In this document: positions 28,811 through 43,690 of the stretch, piece by piece
Layout: every line of letters starts with the position of its first letter
How positions within the stretch are numbered: position 1 is the first letter of the stretch
Origin: Octopus vulgaris
Lineage: Eukaryota
NCBI GenBank assembly: GCA_951406725.2
Contig: OX597818.1
Location: forward strand, 67,332,001-67,396,000
Direction: 5' to 3'
Length of the DNA: 64,000 bases
Program-made: the position numbers and the translations under genes
Notes under the pieces: generated by a model
Seen by the model: the letters and a program-made list of their open reading frames with translations, nothing else
Told to the model about the DNA's origin: nothing
Databases searched by the model: none

Positions 28811-30129
28811 ACAAATTACGTCCTAAAATATTCAAACCCAATCGACACTGACGCAAGTTTTTAATATTTTCGCTTTCCGTTTGTTAGTAATTCTGAACAA
28901 TGGACATGCAGTGATGTTTGCCATATTGGTTGAACAGATAGAGATATTTTTAGGAGGTGCTCTTTGCGTTTCTTGCCATAATGAAGGTTCATATTAGATT
29001 CAAAATGTGTTGGTTTCCCGTTTGAACATATTCACTTAAACACTTTCTCGTCCCCTGTTACCTCTTGGCAATGAATTAAATGGCCGTAGATTGTTACACT
29101 ATTTTGTTTGTAATCTCGACGGAAATAGCCAGACTTTTGCACTAATCAATGACATCAATTCCGGTAATATATAACTATTGATCCCAAAATTCGGTGCTAG
29201 ATAATTGGGGATCATCCATATATACTATTCCTTACATTTTTGCATCTTCTCCTCAGGTAATCGAACCAGTTGCCTCGGCACAGTTGCTTCGGATAGCTTC
29301 GTATTCCGCCATTAATTTGATGCTTTGCGACAACCATAGTTACGAATAGTATTTTAGGCAACTGAGCGCGAACGATCTCTATAGGAGAGACATGTTTCCT
29401 GTTTCCATATTCTGAGTACTCTGAATATTGTTGCTGTTTGAGTAATATACACAGAGAACGAAGTATCACCCTCGTGTGAATTCAATGACCATGCACCGAA
29501 TCAAATTCTGGAATAAAGGTAACCTCTGACCCTGGATATTCTTATTACGATCTGCTTTTGGTGGGATTAACTGAGCTGCATACCGTTTTGTTAAGTTTAT
29601 TTGAATATTGCATTCCAATGTCTCTGGAGTGTTGAGGTATCTACAAGATAGTTGATTGCTTGTGACACTTTTGTGTCATGAACATTGCTGGTGAGATTGT
29701 CTGAGACTATGGCTGAGATCAAGTCTGACAGAGATCACGGGAAGCAATGGTCCCTGTAGTGTCCCCAACAGAACTGTGACTCCATGGCTACTGCCTTTTA
29801 AACGGCAAAGCAATTTCTGACATTAAGACATATTCCTCAGCTGAAATTGTTGTGAGTCTTGTGGATGTCATTATATATATGTAGGTGTTGTTTTGTAGCC
29901 ATTCATTTTGAATTAGCAACGAGATAACCGTTCTTCTGACGTTACATTCTATTCATATTGCTGACGTAAAGCCACGTTGATGGGTTAGTACGTATATATA
30001 TATTTGCATGTATGTCTGTATATCATTAATTAGTTATATTTCAAAATTCTTTCCAAGAGAGAAAGAGCCGGTTAACATACATCTAAGGCTCCTTCAATTT
30101 CAAACTTAGAATATTTTTGTATGTATGTA

Positions 30130-31300
30130 TGTGTGTGCGTATGTGCAGATTTCTGTTTTGTTTCATGTCTGTATTCTCTTGTATATTGTTACATAACTAT
30201 ACAAGCTCATATATATTTAAATGATTAACTTCTGGAAAGTTTTACTGAATTTTTACAGTCCCAATGATGCATTGGGCTTGTAGACTTCGAATTCTCTTTT
30301 CTTGTGGATGTGAGAAGCCTAATTCCTCAAGTTCGTTATTGAAGTAGTGCGTTACATACCTCAGAACCTCCAAAATTACAGATCTAAACCTGAACTTGTA
30401 ATCTGGATAGGGTAACTGCAGATTTCTCAATAGTTCATTATAGGGGTTCTCTTTTTCATTGATCTTTACCTTTATGTTAACATCCACTGGGCAGCTAATT
30501 TCAACATCTGTACACAGTTCCTCTTTTGCATCCCAAATTATTATATAAGGTGAGTTGTGCTTACATATTATTGAGATATTCACTGGGACATATCACCTTT
30601 TTTATTATGAGTGGCTATGGATTCTACCATATTGCGGGTTCTTATTTCTTTGTCATCGTGTTTTGCTTTCCGACAGATTTCATTATAGAGTGTCCTAGCT
30701 ATATTATGCCTCAGCAGTAGATAATACCGTTATGACGTTTGATGATAAATGCTAATGATGTGATCGATATCTTCGGTGTTAACTTCACAAAGTTTGCATC
30801 GGTTGTCACATTTTACTGATTTTCCTGCATTTCTAATACTTTTGTGTATGTCGATTGCAATTCCTGGATTGCAAACTCATACCCTTCAAAATGTGAGATA
30901 GTACTCCTGTTATTGGTCCATGATAGACTGGTTTGATGATGAATTTTATTAGTATTATCTCCGAGAGTTGAATTCGTGCATATTCGTGCATAGCTTTCTG
31001 CTCATGTATCCTCATCCTGATGACGCGTTGTGGCAGAGTCGTATGATTTCTTTGGGTATGCATGTAATATTATCAGACAAGGAATGCTGTTCAAGGTACT
31101 GCCTTCCAAGTTTTATAATGCCATGAGCGTTATGTATGTAGATTTGTTCAATCAATGCACTTCGACACTTGGTGGTTAAAAAATATTGGGATATGATACG
31201 GCATTCAAATCCATTTTGCATCGCCGTTTAGCTTCTGCCGACTTGTTGTGGTTCAGGTAGTGGTTGCTACATCACTGTAGAACGATTCCGGTTACTTGTG
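30130..31300 (-). mobile_element. Degenerate 5'-truncated RLE-type (R2-superfamily) LINE, a different family from 6892-8285
   Basis: Minus strand DNRCKLCEVNTEDIDHIISI...RHNIARTLY (zinc knuckle + RH) and KHNSPYIIIWD...VEISCPVDVNI..K..EK...Y (PD-(D/E)xK-like). Confidence 0.85.
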
Positions 31301-31310
31301 GGTAGTCCTC

Positions 31311-31356
<46 letters not shown>

Positions 31357-31390
31357 CAAAGTGAAGTTGTAAGATACCGCGCGAGTGGAA

Positions 31391-31746
31391 ATATATATGA
31401 AAGAAGGTTTGAAAATGCAATTTTAAAAGGTGTTTATTCTCTTAACCGGTTTCACTTTTTTTTAGAAATTATTGTTAAAATTACAATACATATATTACAA
31501 TACGTATTTACAAAGAATTTAATTTTTTGTGCCTAATATTTTAATGAACTTTTTAATATTTTCTTTGTGAACTGTTTTTAACATATTATTATTATCAAAG
31601 AATGTATATATGTATTGTAATATTTTGTGACAACCAGTACCCAACACAACAAAGCTTTTACAAGTTACTTTTGACAATATTTTTCTAAAAAAAGTGAAAC
31701 AGGTCAAGTGAATAAACACCTTTTAAAATTGCATTTTCAAACTTTC

Positions 31747-31752
<6 letters not shown>
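31391..31752. mobile_element. Inverted pair of pLTR-like units with U3:A8 hammerhead variant
   Basis: Arms 31391-31484 and 31664-31752; right arm ttactt-TTGACAA-t-attttt[ctaaa]aaaagt-GAAA-cagg-TC-aagtga. Confidence 0.68.
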
Positions 31753-31813
<61 letters not shown>

Positions 31814-32911
31814 AGCGTGCAAATATAAGTATTCTCAGGAATCAATATGCATACTCCGATATCTATTACCAAATTGCTGAAGCGATTTCAACTGAAAGCA
31901 TTGTCTGATAAAGTTTAGAATCTAGTCTTAAATTTCACAATTAATCATAATTAATATCATTTAAATTTCCAGTATATTTTTTTCAAAACTCTACTCCTAC
32001 CATGACCTCACATCAACCTTATCCCCCACTTCACTCTACCTAAAACTCACTTTCATAATCAAGGCTTTTTTTTACAAACCTATTATTAGATTAAAAACAC
32101 AGATACTCAGTTTTTTTCTATATAAGTATCATAATTGAATTTAATTTGCTTATGTCCCAAGAATGCCTGGATCTACTAACACCAAGTACACATCAACCCA
32201 AACACATATCTATTCACACCCAAACACGTTCCTGACACTTGCTTGTCAAAGTCTCATCACTCCCATTGTTTTAATTCCATAGACGTTATTAGCATTCCAC
32301 CTACCAGCTGCTCAAGCCACAACTTTTCACAAACATTCAATAAAGTATAGTCATAAAATAAACAATAAGTCCTAGATTCAAGATCTAAAACTTACCGTTT
32401 TACCTGTCTCGCAAACAGATTTCAACTCAATAGTCTGTTGTGTTATTTTACTGACATTAACATTCATTGTCTCCCATTTAGCATGATCTCAATAACACAA
32501 ACACACACATGTACACGCTCACAACACATACACACATGCACGCACACAACACACACACGCACACACACACACACATACACACGTGTACATAGGAAGACAT
32601 TTGCGCACGCACAAAAAATCAAATATTCCACCCACGCTAACACGCAAGAAGACTATGCGCTTAAGGAACTATTTTAAGACTAATTCTGAAAAGAATTGAC
32701 AACGTCATTTGTTTCTTCACTATTTCGTTACAAAAACAGAAACATACATCTACATACGCACATTCGGTATTCATTCCGCACTCCTACACACACGTAGGTG
32801 CACGCGGAAATAATATTATACACACAGCAACGCGAATTAAATAAAAATAACAAAGAAAGGACTTAATTAGACACATATGTAGACTATAATATCTTTATCT
32901 CTTTTACATTT

Positions 32912-33117
32912 TTACTTGTTTCAGTAATTTGACTGCGGCCATGCTGGAGCACCACCTTTAATGGAGCAACTCGGCCCCGGGACTTATTCTTTTTTAAGCC
33001 CAGTACTTATTCTATCGGTCTCTTTTGCCGAACCGCTAAGTAACGGGGACATAAACACACCAGCATCGGTTGTCAAGCAATGCTAGGGGGAAAATCACAG
33101 ACACACAAACACACACA

Positions 33118-33187
<70 letters not shown>

Positions 33188-33390
33188 TACGACAGGCTTC
33201 TTCCAGTTTCCGTCTACCAAATCCATTCACAAGGCTTTGGTCGGCCCGAGGCTATAGTAGAAGACACTTGCCCAAGATGCCACACACTGGGACTGAACCC
33301 GGAACTATGTGGTTGGTAAACAAGCTACTTACCACACAGCCACTCCTGCGCCTACAACCACTCCTGCGCCTGCAGCCACTCCTGCGCCTA
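32912..33390 (-). mobile_element. SINE family B, near-intact copy (tRNA head, CORE-like cttgggcaagtgtctt, internal (TA)n)
   Basis: Minus strand aggcgcaggagtggctgtgtgg (A-box) ... ggttcagtccc (B-box); tail ends ...gcatggccgcagtcaaattactgaaac. Confidence 0.92.
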
Positions 33391-33859
33391 TCTCTACAAA
33401 TTTTGTGTAGTCTTTAGAGCCAGCTGCGAAAGTTGCGACGTTTCGTATACGAATACGTTGTACGTAAACAATGCGATCGAAAATCGAAAAAAAATATGTA
33501 ATGGGCATGTAGCCGTATTTCAGGAATTCTGTCTCTTTCTACGGCATCGTTTAAGTAGGCGTATTCGTATACGATCCTGTAATATGTATGTACCTCCGCT
33601 TACTCATTATTCTGTCTTTGGGTCCATACTTCACATAGACGTATTCGTAGACGATGCTAAAGAAGGAGCAAGGACTCCTCAAATGTGCATATACATATCG
33701 GTCACATAATTTTCTATCTTTGAAGAAAGACAATTAAGACGCACCACATGGCAGGTTACTGTATTTTCCATGCAAAGGTTTCGCTTTCCAGGTGTATTCG
33801 ACATATTCATAAAAGCCTACTTTGTATTTTGATTGATTTGTTTTTGCATCAACGATAGG

Positions 33860-33964
33860 TTATTATTATTATTATTATTACTATTATTATTATTATTATT
33901 ATTATTATCATTATTATTATTATTATTGTTATTATCATTATTATTGTTATTATTATTCGTTATC

Positions 33965-34047
<83 letters not shown>

Positions 34048-34407
34048 TTATTATTATTATTCAGTAGTTTTATTTTTATTTTTATAGCGTGCTTTCACTT
34101 CACTACCGAGCGCAGCTCTGTGTGCCTTGGGTATGTGCTGTGATTTGTTGTGATGTTCTGATGGTTATTGTATGGAAAGTGTTCTGCGTAGGATGTGTGC
34201 AGTGCCTAGTAGTGCAATTTTCTGTATGTTATATGTGTTTGTAAGTCCTGGTGTTTTTGTTATGTATTTGTCTGAATATTTTTTTATCATGCCTAATGCA
34301 CCTACTATGATAGGAATTGTTTCTGTTTTCAGGTTCCACATTCTAGTTACCTCTATTTCCAGGTCTTTGTATTATTATTATTATTGTTATTATTATTGTT
34401 ATTGTTA

Positions 34408-34448
<41 letters not shown>

Positions 34449-34535
34449 GTTATTGTTATTATTATTATTATTATTGTTATTGTTATTATTGTTATTATTA
34501 TTGTTATTGTTATTATTATTATTGTTGTCGTTGTT
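33860..34535. repeat. (TTA)n tracts flanking a LINE tail
   Basis: Direct reading: 33860-34060 and 34370-34535. Confidence 0.95.
34061..34370 (-). mobile_element. Severely 5'-truncated R4/Dong-like LINE tail inside (TAA)n
   Basis: Minus strand KDLEIEVTRMWNLKTETIPIIVGALGMIKK...IQKIALLGTAHILRRTLSIQ* plus 3'UTR. Confidence 0.92.
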
Positions 34536-35039
34536 ATTAACGTTGTTATTATACACGATACAATGAAGGCAGAATGGTGCAGGATACATGAAATTACTGT
34601 TCTAAAACAGATCCTCATTGTTCTAACCGATTATGTCAACTACGCACGCACACACACGCACACACACACACACACAAAGTCACGGAGTGATAGAAAGAAA
34701 GAGAGAAAGAAAGAAAGACAAGAAGTAAAAACGAGGGAGAAGAAGCAGACCGCACTGAACACAATGTAAATAGGCGACAAAAACTCAATTTGAAAAAGGA
34801 TAATAAAGATCACCGATGATAGACAAGAAATAACTTTGAAACGGAGAAAAAAGGAAAAAAAGAGTCGTTGTAAATGTTAATGGGTTTCTGTGTCAGTACC
34901 GAATGAATGTATTGTCTTCGTATTATTGTGCGGTGAGTCATCATGGACGTGTATTCAACACCCCGCTCCGATACCACTGGTTTCCATTATTTCATAAAAC
35001 GAGAAATATTATAATCACAATAACCGCCATTATTACAGC

Positions 35040-36440
<1,401 letters not shown>

Positions 36441-36946
36441 TGTGGGAAAACGGCTTCCACTCCTCATACTACCATCTTAGATTGCACCCAGATAAGGGCC
36501 ACTCAGCTGATCGATACACCGTCATTGAAGGCCATACTTCAGCCGATCACATACTCCCTGTGCGGTCTCCACTTTCATAGTTTGTCTTAAGATTTTTCTT
36601 AATGTGGTTTGTCATTGTTTATTCTTTACTTAGTATCTCTCAGGTAAGCTGTTTTCTTTCAAAATAATCTGAATCAGTATTCCAAATATTTTATTTACCT
36701 GCAATCCAGATTTTACCGATGTACAATCACTAAATTAATATTGTGTAAATAATACAGGGCATGTGGTTCAAAATATATGATAAATTTTTGTTGATTGACT
36801 CTACGAGGCCAGTGAACAGGTGAGAAAGTCGGGAGTACAGACTAACGTACAATGAAAAAAGGAATTAAGAAATAGAAGTCAACTCGTGAAGGGAATTTGT
36901 ACGAATTTTTGAACTGCAACCATATTGCTATAAGCAAGATAAATTG

Positions 36947-37530
36947 TTTCTTATCTACACTAGGCAGAAGGCCCGAAATTTTTGGGAAGGGGGCCAGTCG
37001 ATTAGATTGACCCCAGTATGCAACTGGTACTTAATTTATCGATCCCTGAAAAATGAAAGGCGAAGCTGATCTTGGCGGAATTTGAACTCAGAACGCAAAG
37101 ACAGACGAAATACCAATTTCTTTACTACCCACAGGGTGCTAAACACAGAGGGGACAAGCAAGGACAAAAAACGGATTAAGTCGATTACATCGACCCCAGT
37201 GCGTAACTGGTACTTAATTTATCGACCCCGAAAGAATGAAAGGCGATGTCGACCTCGGCAGAATATGAACTCAGAACGTAACGGCAGACGAAATACCTAT
37301 TTCTTTACTACCCACAAGGGGCTAAAAACACAGAGGACAAACAAGGACAGACGAACGGATTAAGTCGATTACATCGACCCCAGTGCGTAACTGGTACTTA
37401 ATTTATCGACACCGAAATGATGAAGGGCAAAGTCGACCTCGGCGGAATTTGAACTCACAACGTAACGCAGACGAAATACCGCTGAGCATTTAGCCCGGCG
37501 TGCTAACGTTTCTGCCAGCTCGCCGCCTTA
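36947..37530 (-). mobile_element. SINE family A, near-intact with three tandem cores; opposite-strand core fragment at 37553-37650
   Basis: Same architecture as 23489-24178; head reverse complement taaggcggcgagctggcagaaacgttagc...gagttcaaattcc. Confidence 0.92.
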
Positions 37531-38055
37531 CTACCTTCACCTCATACCATCGTCGCCGAGGTTAACTTCGCGCTTCATCCTTTCGGGGTCGATTAAATAA
37601 GTACCAGTTATGCACTGGGATCGGTGTAATGAACTTACCCTCTCCCTTCAAATAAGTAATGGGCGTATATCCATATTGCGCCTATAATACAGAGGATTAT
37701 TTTAAAGGTAACCAAGATGAATGCCTATCATCATCGTCGTCACCATAGTTGTCGTCGTCGTCGTCATCATCTTTACCGCCATTATCTCCATCGTTGTCGT
37801 CCTCGTCGTCATGGTTGTTAATACCAGCAGCAGCAACAGCAGCAGCAGCAGCCGCCACAGCAACGTCGCATTGCTCGTCGTTATCGCCCTCATCGACATT
37901 GTCGTCCACGCATGCGTCGCCGACTTCGTCATTCTGCGATATGCTATTGTTATTTCAGCAACGACATCAGTTGAAATCAGAATAACTTTCCCAATCGATA
38001 CAACAGCTAATGCAAAACAGATGTTTCTTCACACCCGTTCCTGTGTATTTGTGGT

Positions 38056-38090
<35 letters not shown>

Positions 38091-38126
38091 CAGTTTATAC
38101 GTATAAATATACGCGTTTAAGTCACT

Positions 38127-38466
38127 GTAGAGGCCCAATGGTTAGGGTAGAGGTCTTGCTGTTGTAGGATCGAGATTTCGATTCCCAGACGAGTGTTTAT
38201 TCAGTAAAAACACCTAAAGCTCCACGAGACTCCGGCAGGGGCCGGTGCCGAACCCTACTCTACTCTTTCACCACATTTTTCTCTCACAATCTTTCTTACT
38301 CTTTCTGTTGTACCTGTATTTCAAAGGCCAGCCTTGTCACACATTGTGTCACGCAGAATCTCTCCGGTACACGCATCTGTGGAGTGCTCAGCCACTTTCA
38401 CATTAATTTCACGAGCAGTCTGCTCCGTTGATCGGATCGATTGGAACTCGCGTCGTTGTAACCGGC
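38127..38466 (+). mobile_element. SINE family C copy
   Basis: tttcgattcccagac..aaaacacctaaagctccacgag.ctccggcagggg. Confidence 0.82.
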
Positions 38467-38717
38467 CTCGACCATGTGTATGATTGTATATAAATGTGAG
38501 CGTATATGTCTAAACGTTTCGTAATTTCTATAAATGTAAACTGTACATCTCTATATTTAGGTAGAATACAGTTTGTGTATATCTTTGATGTTTATGTGCA
38601 TTTTAATATCTGCCAGTGCGCAAGCGTAGACAGGTTGTTTATATGAAAGCAGCTATAGCGACCTTGTCACCACTTGATAGTTTTGCATCCCAAATTGAAT
38701 TTTTGTAAGCGCCTTTA

Positions 38718-38907
38718 TTCGCCATGGTAAATCGTTAGCCACTAGACACTTTTTTTCTCTCCTTGTTTTTTTTCTGTGTCCCTTTCTGTAGAAGAGCGTA
38801 GGCTCGAAACGTAAAAGACGTGTTCTATTCCTGAGCGTTATACTAATACATCTGTTTGTTTTATACACCACCTGTCTTCGCCTTTTGTTTTTTCTTTCGT
38901 AAACCCT

Positions 38908-38910
<3 letters not shown>
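38718..38910 (+). mobile_element. Family E pLTR-like element with A6U hammerhead-like fold, 3' end at (TA)n
   Basis: 38782-38817: cttt-CTGTAGA-a-gagc[gtag]gctc-GAAA-cg-TA-aaag; all stems perfect. Confidence 0.75.
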
Positions 38911-38943
<33 letters not shown>

Positions 38944-39756
38944 TCTACCATACATGCATACATGTAAATACTGGAATTTGGACATAGTCACCCAGGATTG
39001 CCGTGTATCTATTGTAAAATTGAGCAGTTGTGCGTATGTTCTACTAAGTGGCTGATATAATTTGTGAGGTTATTTGCTTGTAATTAGGTGTTTGTATGTG
39101 TAAACTACATGGTAGTAAATATGTGTTCGCCTATGTTTGCATTGTTCGATGGTGGTTTTGATTAGTCAGGAAAATGTTCAGTGAGTAATTGCGAACTGAG
39201 GGTTAAGAGAATTGTGTACGACGCAAGGAACAAAATGGACGTGGAGATTTTAGGAAGCAATCCTCAATTTTTTCCATTAAACCTTGATGTCACTAATTGT
39301 TCGGTCTTTATACTGCAATACTTCTGTTGCGTGAATACGTACCGCTTTCCAAACCTGTCAAGAATCATACTGAAATACAAGAAACGCCATTGAAAAGTGC
39401 TGTCACGAGGCGAAAATGGCGTGGGTTAGACGAATGAATATGTTGGTTATAGACAGAAAAGATAGAATAAATATGGTTGTTATATTAACATTCTTGACTG
39501 AGACAAGTAAAAACAACATTAATAACAACATAGACGTGAATAAAAGCAGCAACAACAACAACAGTAACAATAATAAAGAGTGTAAGACGAATAAAGACGC
39601 CGGTAATAGCAGCAGCAATGATAATGTCACCAATAGCATTAACAGCATTATGGATAGGTTATGAGAAACCTCTCGTCAGCAAATGCAACAGATGTGAACA
39701 TATATTATATTATGGACATTAACATAACATAAACAGTCATCTCAGCAGCAGCGACA

Positions 39757-40066
39757 GTGGAGGCGCAATGGCCCAGTGGTTAGGGCAGCGGACTTGCGGT
39801 CGGAGGATCGCGGTTTCGATTCCCAAACCGGGCGTTGTGTGTGTGTTTATTGAGCGAAAACACCTAAAGCTCCACGAGGCTCCGGCAGGGGGTGGTGGTG
39901 ACTTATTCTTTGTAAGCCCAGTGTTTATTCTAATCCACTCACAAGGCACTGGTCGGCCCGGGGCTAGAGCAGAAGACACTTGCCCAAGATGCCACGCAGT
40001 GGGACTGAACCTGGAACCATGTGGTTGGTTAGCAAGCTACTTACTACAGAGCCACTCCTGCGCCTA
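39757..40066. mobile_element. SINE C head (+, 39757-39901) fused to a deleted SINE B (-, 39901-40066)
   Basis: Both parts match their family copies; abrupt junction at ggtggtggtg|acttattc. Confidence 0.85.
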
Positions 40067-40076
40067 CATATATACT

Positions 40077-40143
<67 letters not shown>

Positions 40144-40146
<3 letters not shown>

Positions 40147-40317
40147 ATTATATAGAAGGAGTTCTACAGGATAGAACTGTTTCATTCAAGAGAAATCTTC
40201 AGGAAGCACTTGAATGAAACAGTTCTATAAAGCTCCTTCTACATAATAAATTAATTTTACTCTGCTATGTATTGAGTACCTTATTTACTGTGGTTAACCC
40301 CGAATCAACCCGGGACC

Positions 40318-40320
<3 letters not shown>
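40144..40320. mobile_element. Inverted pair between (TA)n tracts carrying the 3' half of a hammerhead-like fold
   Basis: tagaactgtttcattcaag / cttgaatgaaacagttcta; left arm minus strand GAAA-cag[ttctatc]ctg-TA-gaactcc. Confidence 0.6.
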
Positions 40321-40386
<66 letters not shown>

Positions 40387-40417
40387 CTAAGCGAGGTATA
40401 AACAGTAGCTGCACGAC

Positions 40418-40622
40418 ATCGTGAAGTATATTTGCCAGTTAAATGTGGTTAACGCTTAAGGGTGGATGCTACTGTAGCGTGTAGCCCCAGGAAGACATAG
40501 AAAGAGCATAGAGCACAGAAAGTGTATCAATAGCCAGTAAGAGGAGGTGACTTTCTGGGGCTACAAGTTATAGTAGTATCCATCCTTAAGGGTTAGCCAC
40601 ATTTAAGTGACAAATATACTTC

Positions 40623-40627
<5 letters not shown>
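40418..40627. mobile_element. Inverted pair of family F 3' ends
   Basis: atcgtgaagtatatttgcc...tagccccaggaag mirrors ctttctggggcta...acaaatatacttcacaat; homologous to 24222-24345. Confidence 0.8.
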
Positions 40628-40678
<51 letters not shown>

Positions 40679-41174
40679 TATGGGTGTGTCTTTGTGTATT
40701 GTTTATGTCTTTGTCCTTCGTCACCATGTGATAACCGTTGTTGCATACCCGTAACCTGGCGGTTCTTTAAAAGTGACTGATAGAATAAGTACGGATCTTT
40801 AAATAGTAAACCATGGTAGAGATTTGTTCGACTATACCCTTTATGGCGGTGCTCTCACAGTCTCACTAACTGACACAAGTAAAATATATAAAAAATAAAA
40901 GTTACCATTTCATTGCACTTAACATGGTTCATGTGTTTCCAATTACGGCAGTCCATAAGGGATCTCTGCAGCTGTGGGTCAGGGATTTTGTAAATGTATT
41001 TGTATTTGATTGTGGTAGGGAATTTGAAGTCTGGACAAGTCTGCAGCAACAAACAGAAACCTCAGATGAAAGAATTGTTTTAGTTCCAATATTTTAATTT
41101 ATGTTGGGTCTCTAAATTTGTGTTCATTGTATTTGTACCGTTTATTGTCCTCTGTCTTGTGACCGATTTCCATA

Positions 41175-41946
41175 ATTTATGATTCAAACTCCGCCGAGGT
41201 TGTTTTATTGTTTATTCTTTCGGGGTCGATAAAATTAGATGCAGTGAAGCACTGCAGGCGATGGAATCGATCAAGCCCTTCCTTCAAAATTGCTGTGTTT
41301 ATTACAAAATCAAAAACATTGATTAGAATTATATCTACCATTGGCACAAGCACATATTTTAATGACAGTGCGGTACACGTGCAAGTTGACCCAGGGCGGG
41401 TAAGTAAATGTATAACTGCCACAAAGAGACGGCTAATATGTGCTTGGCGAGAGATTTGAACTCCAAAATAAAATAAAAACTCTAGAACAACTCGGCAAGT
41501 TGTCCGACTACTTTCTTAATGGCAATAGCAGACACATTTACTTCGGTGATCTGACAGAAACCTTAGAACAACAAAGCGGTGAGCTGGCAGAAACGTTAGC
41601 ACGTCGGGCGAAATGCTTAGCAGTATTTCGTCTGTCGGTACGTTCTGAGTTCAAATTCCGCCGAGGTCGACTTTGCCTTTCATCCTTTCGAGGTCGATTA
41701 GATAAGTACCAGATACGCACTGAGGTCGATATAATCGACTTAATCGTTTGTCTGTCCTTGTTTGTCCCCTCTGTGTTTAGCCCCTTGTGGGTAGTAAAGA
41801 AATATAAATCGTTAGAACAACGTGCAAAATGCCTGCGGGCATTTCCTCCATTCTTACGTTCTCAGTTCAAATTCCCCGAAGTTATTTCGGGGTCGATAAA
41901 ACAAGTATTAATTTTGCAATGCAGTTGATGTAATTGATTTAACCCC
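41175..41946 (+). mobile_element. Cluster of SINE family A copies (best copy 41573-41946; fragments 41175-41300 on + and 41340-41460 on -)
   Basis: gagctggcagaaacgttagcacg...gagttcaaattccgccgaggtcgactttgcctttcatcc. Confidence 0.88.
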
Positions 41947-43304
41947 TAAGCAGAACATGCTAGACTAGAGCCATAATTTGAAACCAGTATCAGACACGTC
42001 AGGTTATTTATGTTTTCATGTATACGCTTAACTTGATCAAGTTTAGTGCCGAGATGCCTTTTGGCTCTCTGAATCCTATCCTCCCACCTCGACTGAATAG
42101 AAAACACGTGCAACAGCTTAGACATTGTTAAAATACCAGCAGGTTCAAGTGTTAGTGTTAAACCGACCGATGGATGTAATCTGCTACACATATTGGTGAA
42201 TGCTTCCCTCTCTTTTCCGCCCACAAAAGTATCATAGTATTTATTCTGAAACGTTATAAAGCCGAGAAATGCAATGACTAAATTTTGGATATCCTATAAA
42301 AGATAAGAAAATGAGAAAAATCAGAAACCTGAGTTAACCACCGCCAAAATACATGAGAAATCTCTCATAAAATGCAATTTAATGTTGTAGAACTAACTTG
42401 AATTATTTACCATTTGTGTGTCACATGGGGATCTCTGTGTAAAGATTGCGTTAATGCCTTTAGGATATCTTCTTAATGTTTCTCAACCGCTGAGAGTGAC
42501 ATTCGCCGTGAGAATCAAAGAGAAAGACGGAATATTGTGTGACATTTGCTCTAAAGATTTTATTGAACTAATAGATTTGGGAACTGCGGATATAACCATG
42601 GAGAATCTCATTTGTAAAACCATTCCTGAAGATTGAAATAAATTGAAGAAGAAATTGTCTCTCCCGAAAAATCAAAGAATCAGAATGGAAATGACGAAAA
42701 CATTTTCTTCAATCTTTCTGAAAAAGCCAACGGTTATCGAAATGTGAAGTTTGGATTGAAAAGGGAAGAAGCATAAAAGAATTCTTAGAAAATAGAATTT
42801 AGATAGTAAAGAAGAAAACGAAGAGAAGAGTAGATGTCGAGTTTTGACTAATACAATGTCCATTGCCATTCAAAGCCTTGGCATGCTAGAAATATCTACT
42901 AAATCCCAAGTGCTTTATGTGAGAACATAACACATTAGATGATTTAGATTTACTTAACGTCGGAAAATAGGGAAGACATAGATGGAATCCACACGTCTCC
43001 CCATTCACGGTTTGTTACACGCTTCCCTGATTGTGGTTGATCTGTGTCTAAACAGCGACGACTGCTGTTTAAAAAGAATCGACAAATTTTCCATTACATT
43101 AGTAGTTAATGCCCTGCACTGGTGTTTAATTACCGGTTCCCGAAAGACAGAAAAGCCACATGAGATGCACACTGAATACAATGCACTGAAACTAACAATG
43201 CCTTCTATTTCACGCTCTAACGATTTGGCTCATTCGCTACCCTTTACTCTGCTGGCTATAACCGTGGAGGTTTTGCATTTTATTAAAGGCATATTTTATC
43301 CTTT

Positions 43305-43690
43305 GTTTGTTTCACTGCGGCCATACTAGGGCAACGCGTTCAACAATTTTTAGTGGAGTTGACCTTGACCTTGTAGTAGTTTTTGTCAAGCCTACTACAT
43401 ATTGCGTGGTCCCATTTTGAGAAAGGGCTGATCTGCGGGTGGGTAAATGCTCCAACACAGTTTTCAGGCGGCGCTAGAGAACAGACGCAGGAGGAACACA
43501 CACACACACACACACACAACAACAACACACACATACATATATATAGTCAATGGAATTCTTTTAGTTTCACTCAGCCATATCCACGCATAAGGCTTTGGTC
43601 AGCCCGAGGCTAGAGTAAAAGACACTTTCCGAAGGTGCTCCAGAGTGGTTGGGGCTACAAGTGGTTGGGAACTAAGCTCTTTCTTCCCAA
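43305..43690 (-). mobile_element. SINE family B degenerate copy
   Basis: actgcggccatac; aaggctttggtcagcccgaggcta. Confidence 0.7.
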
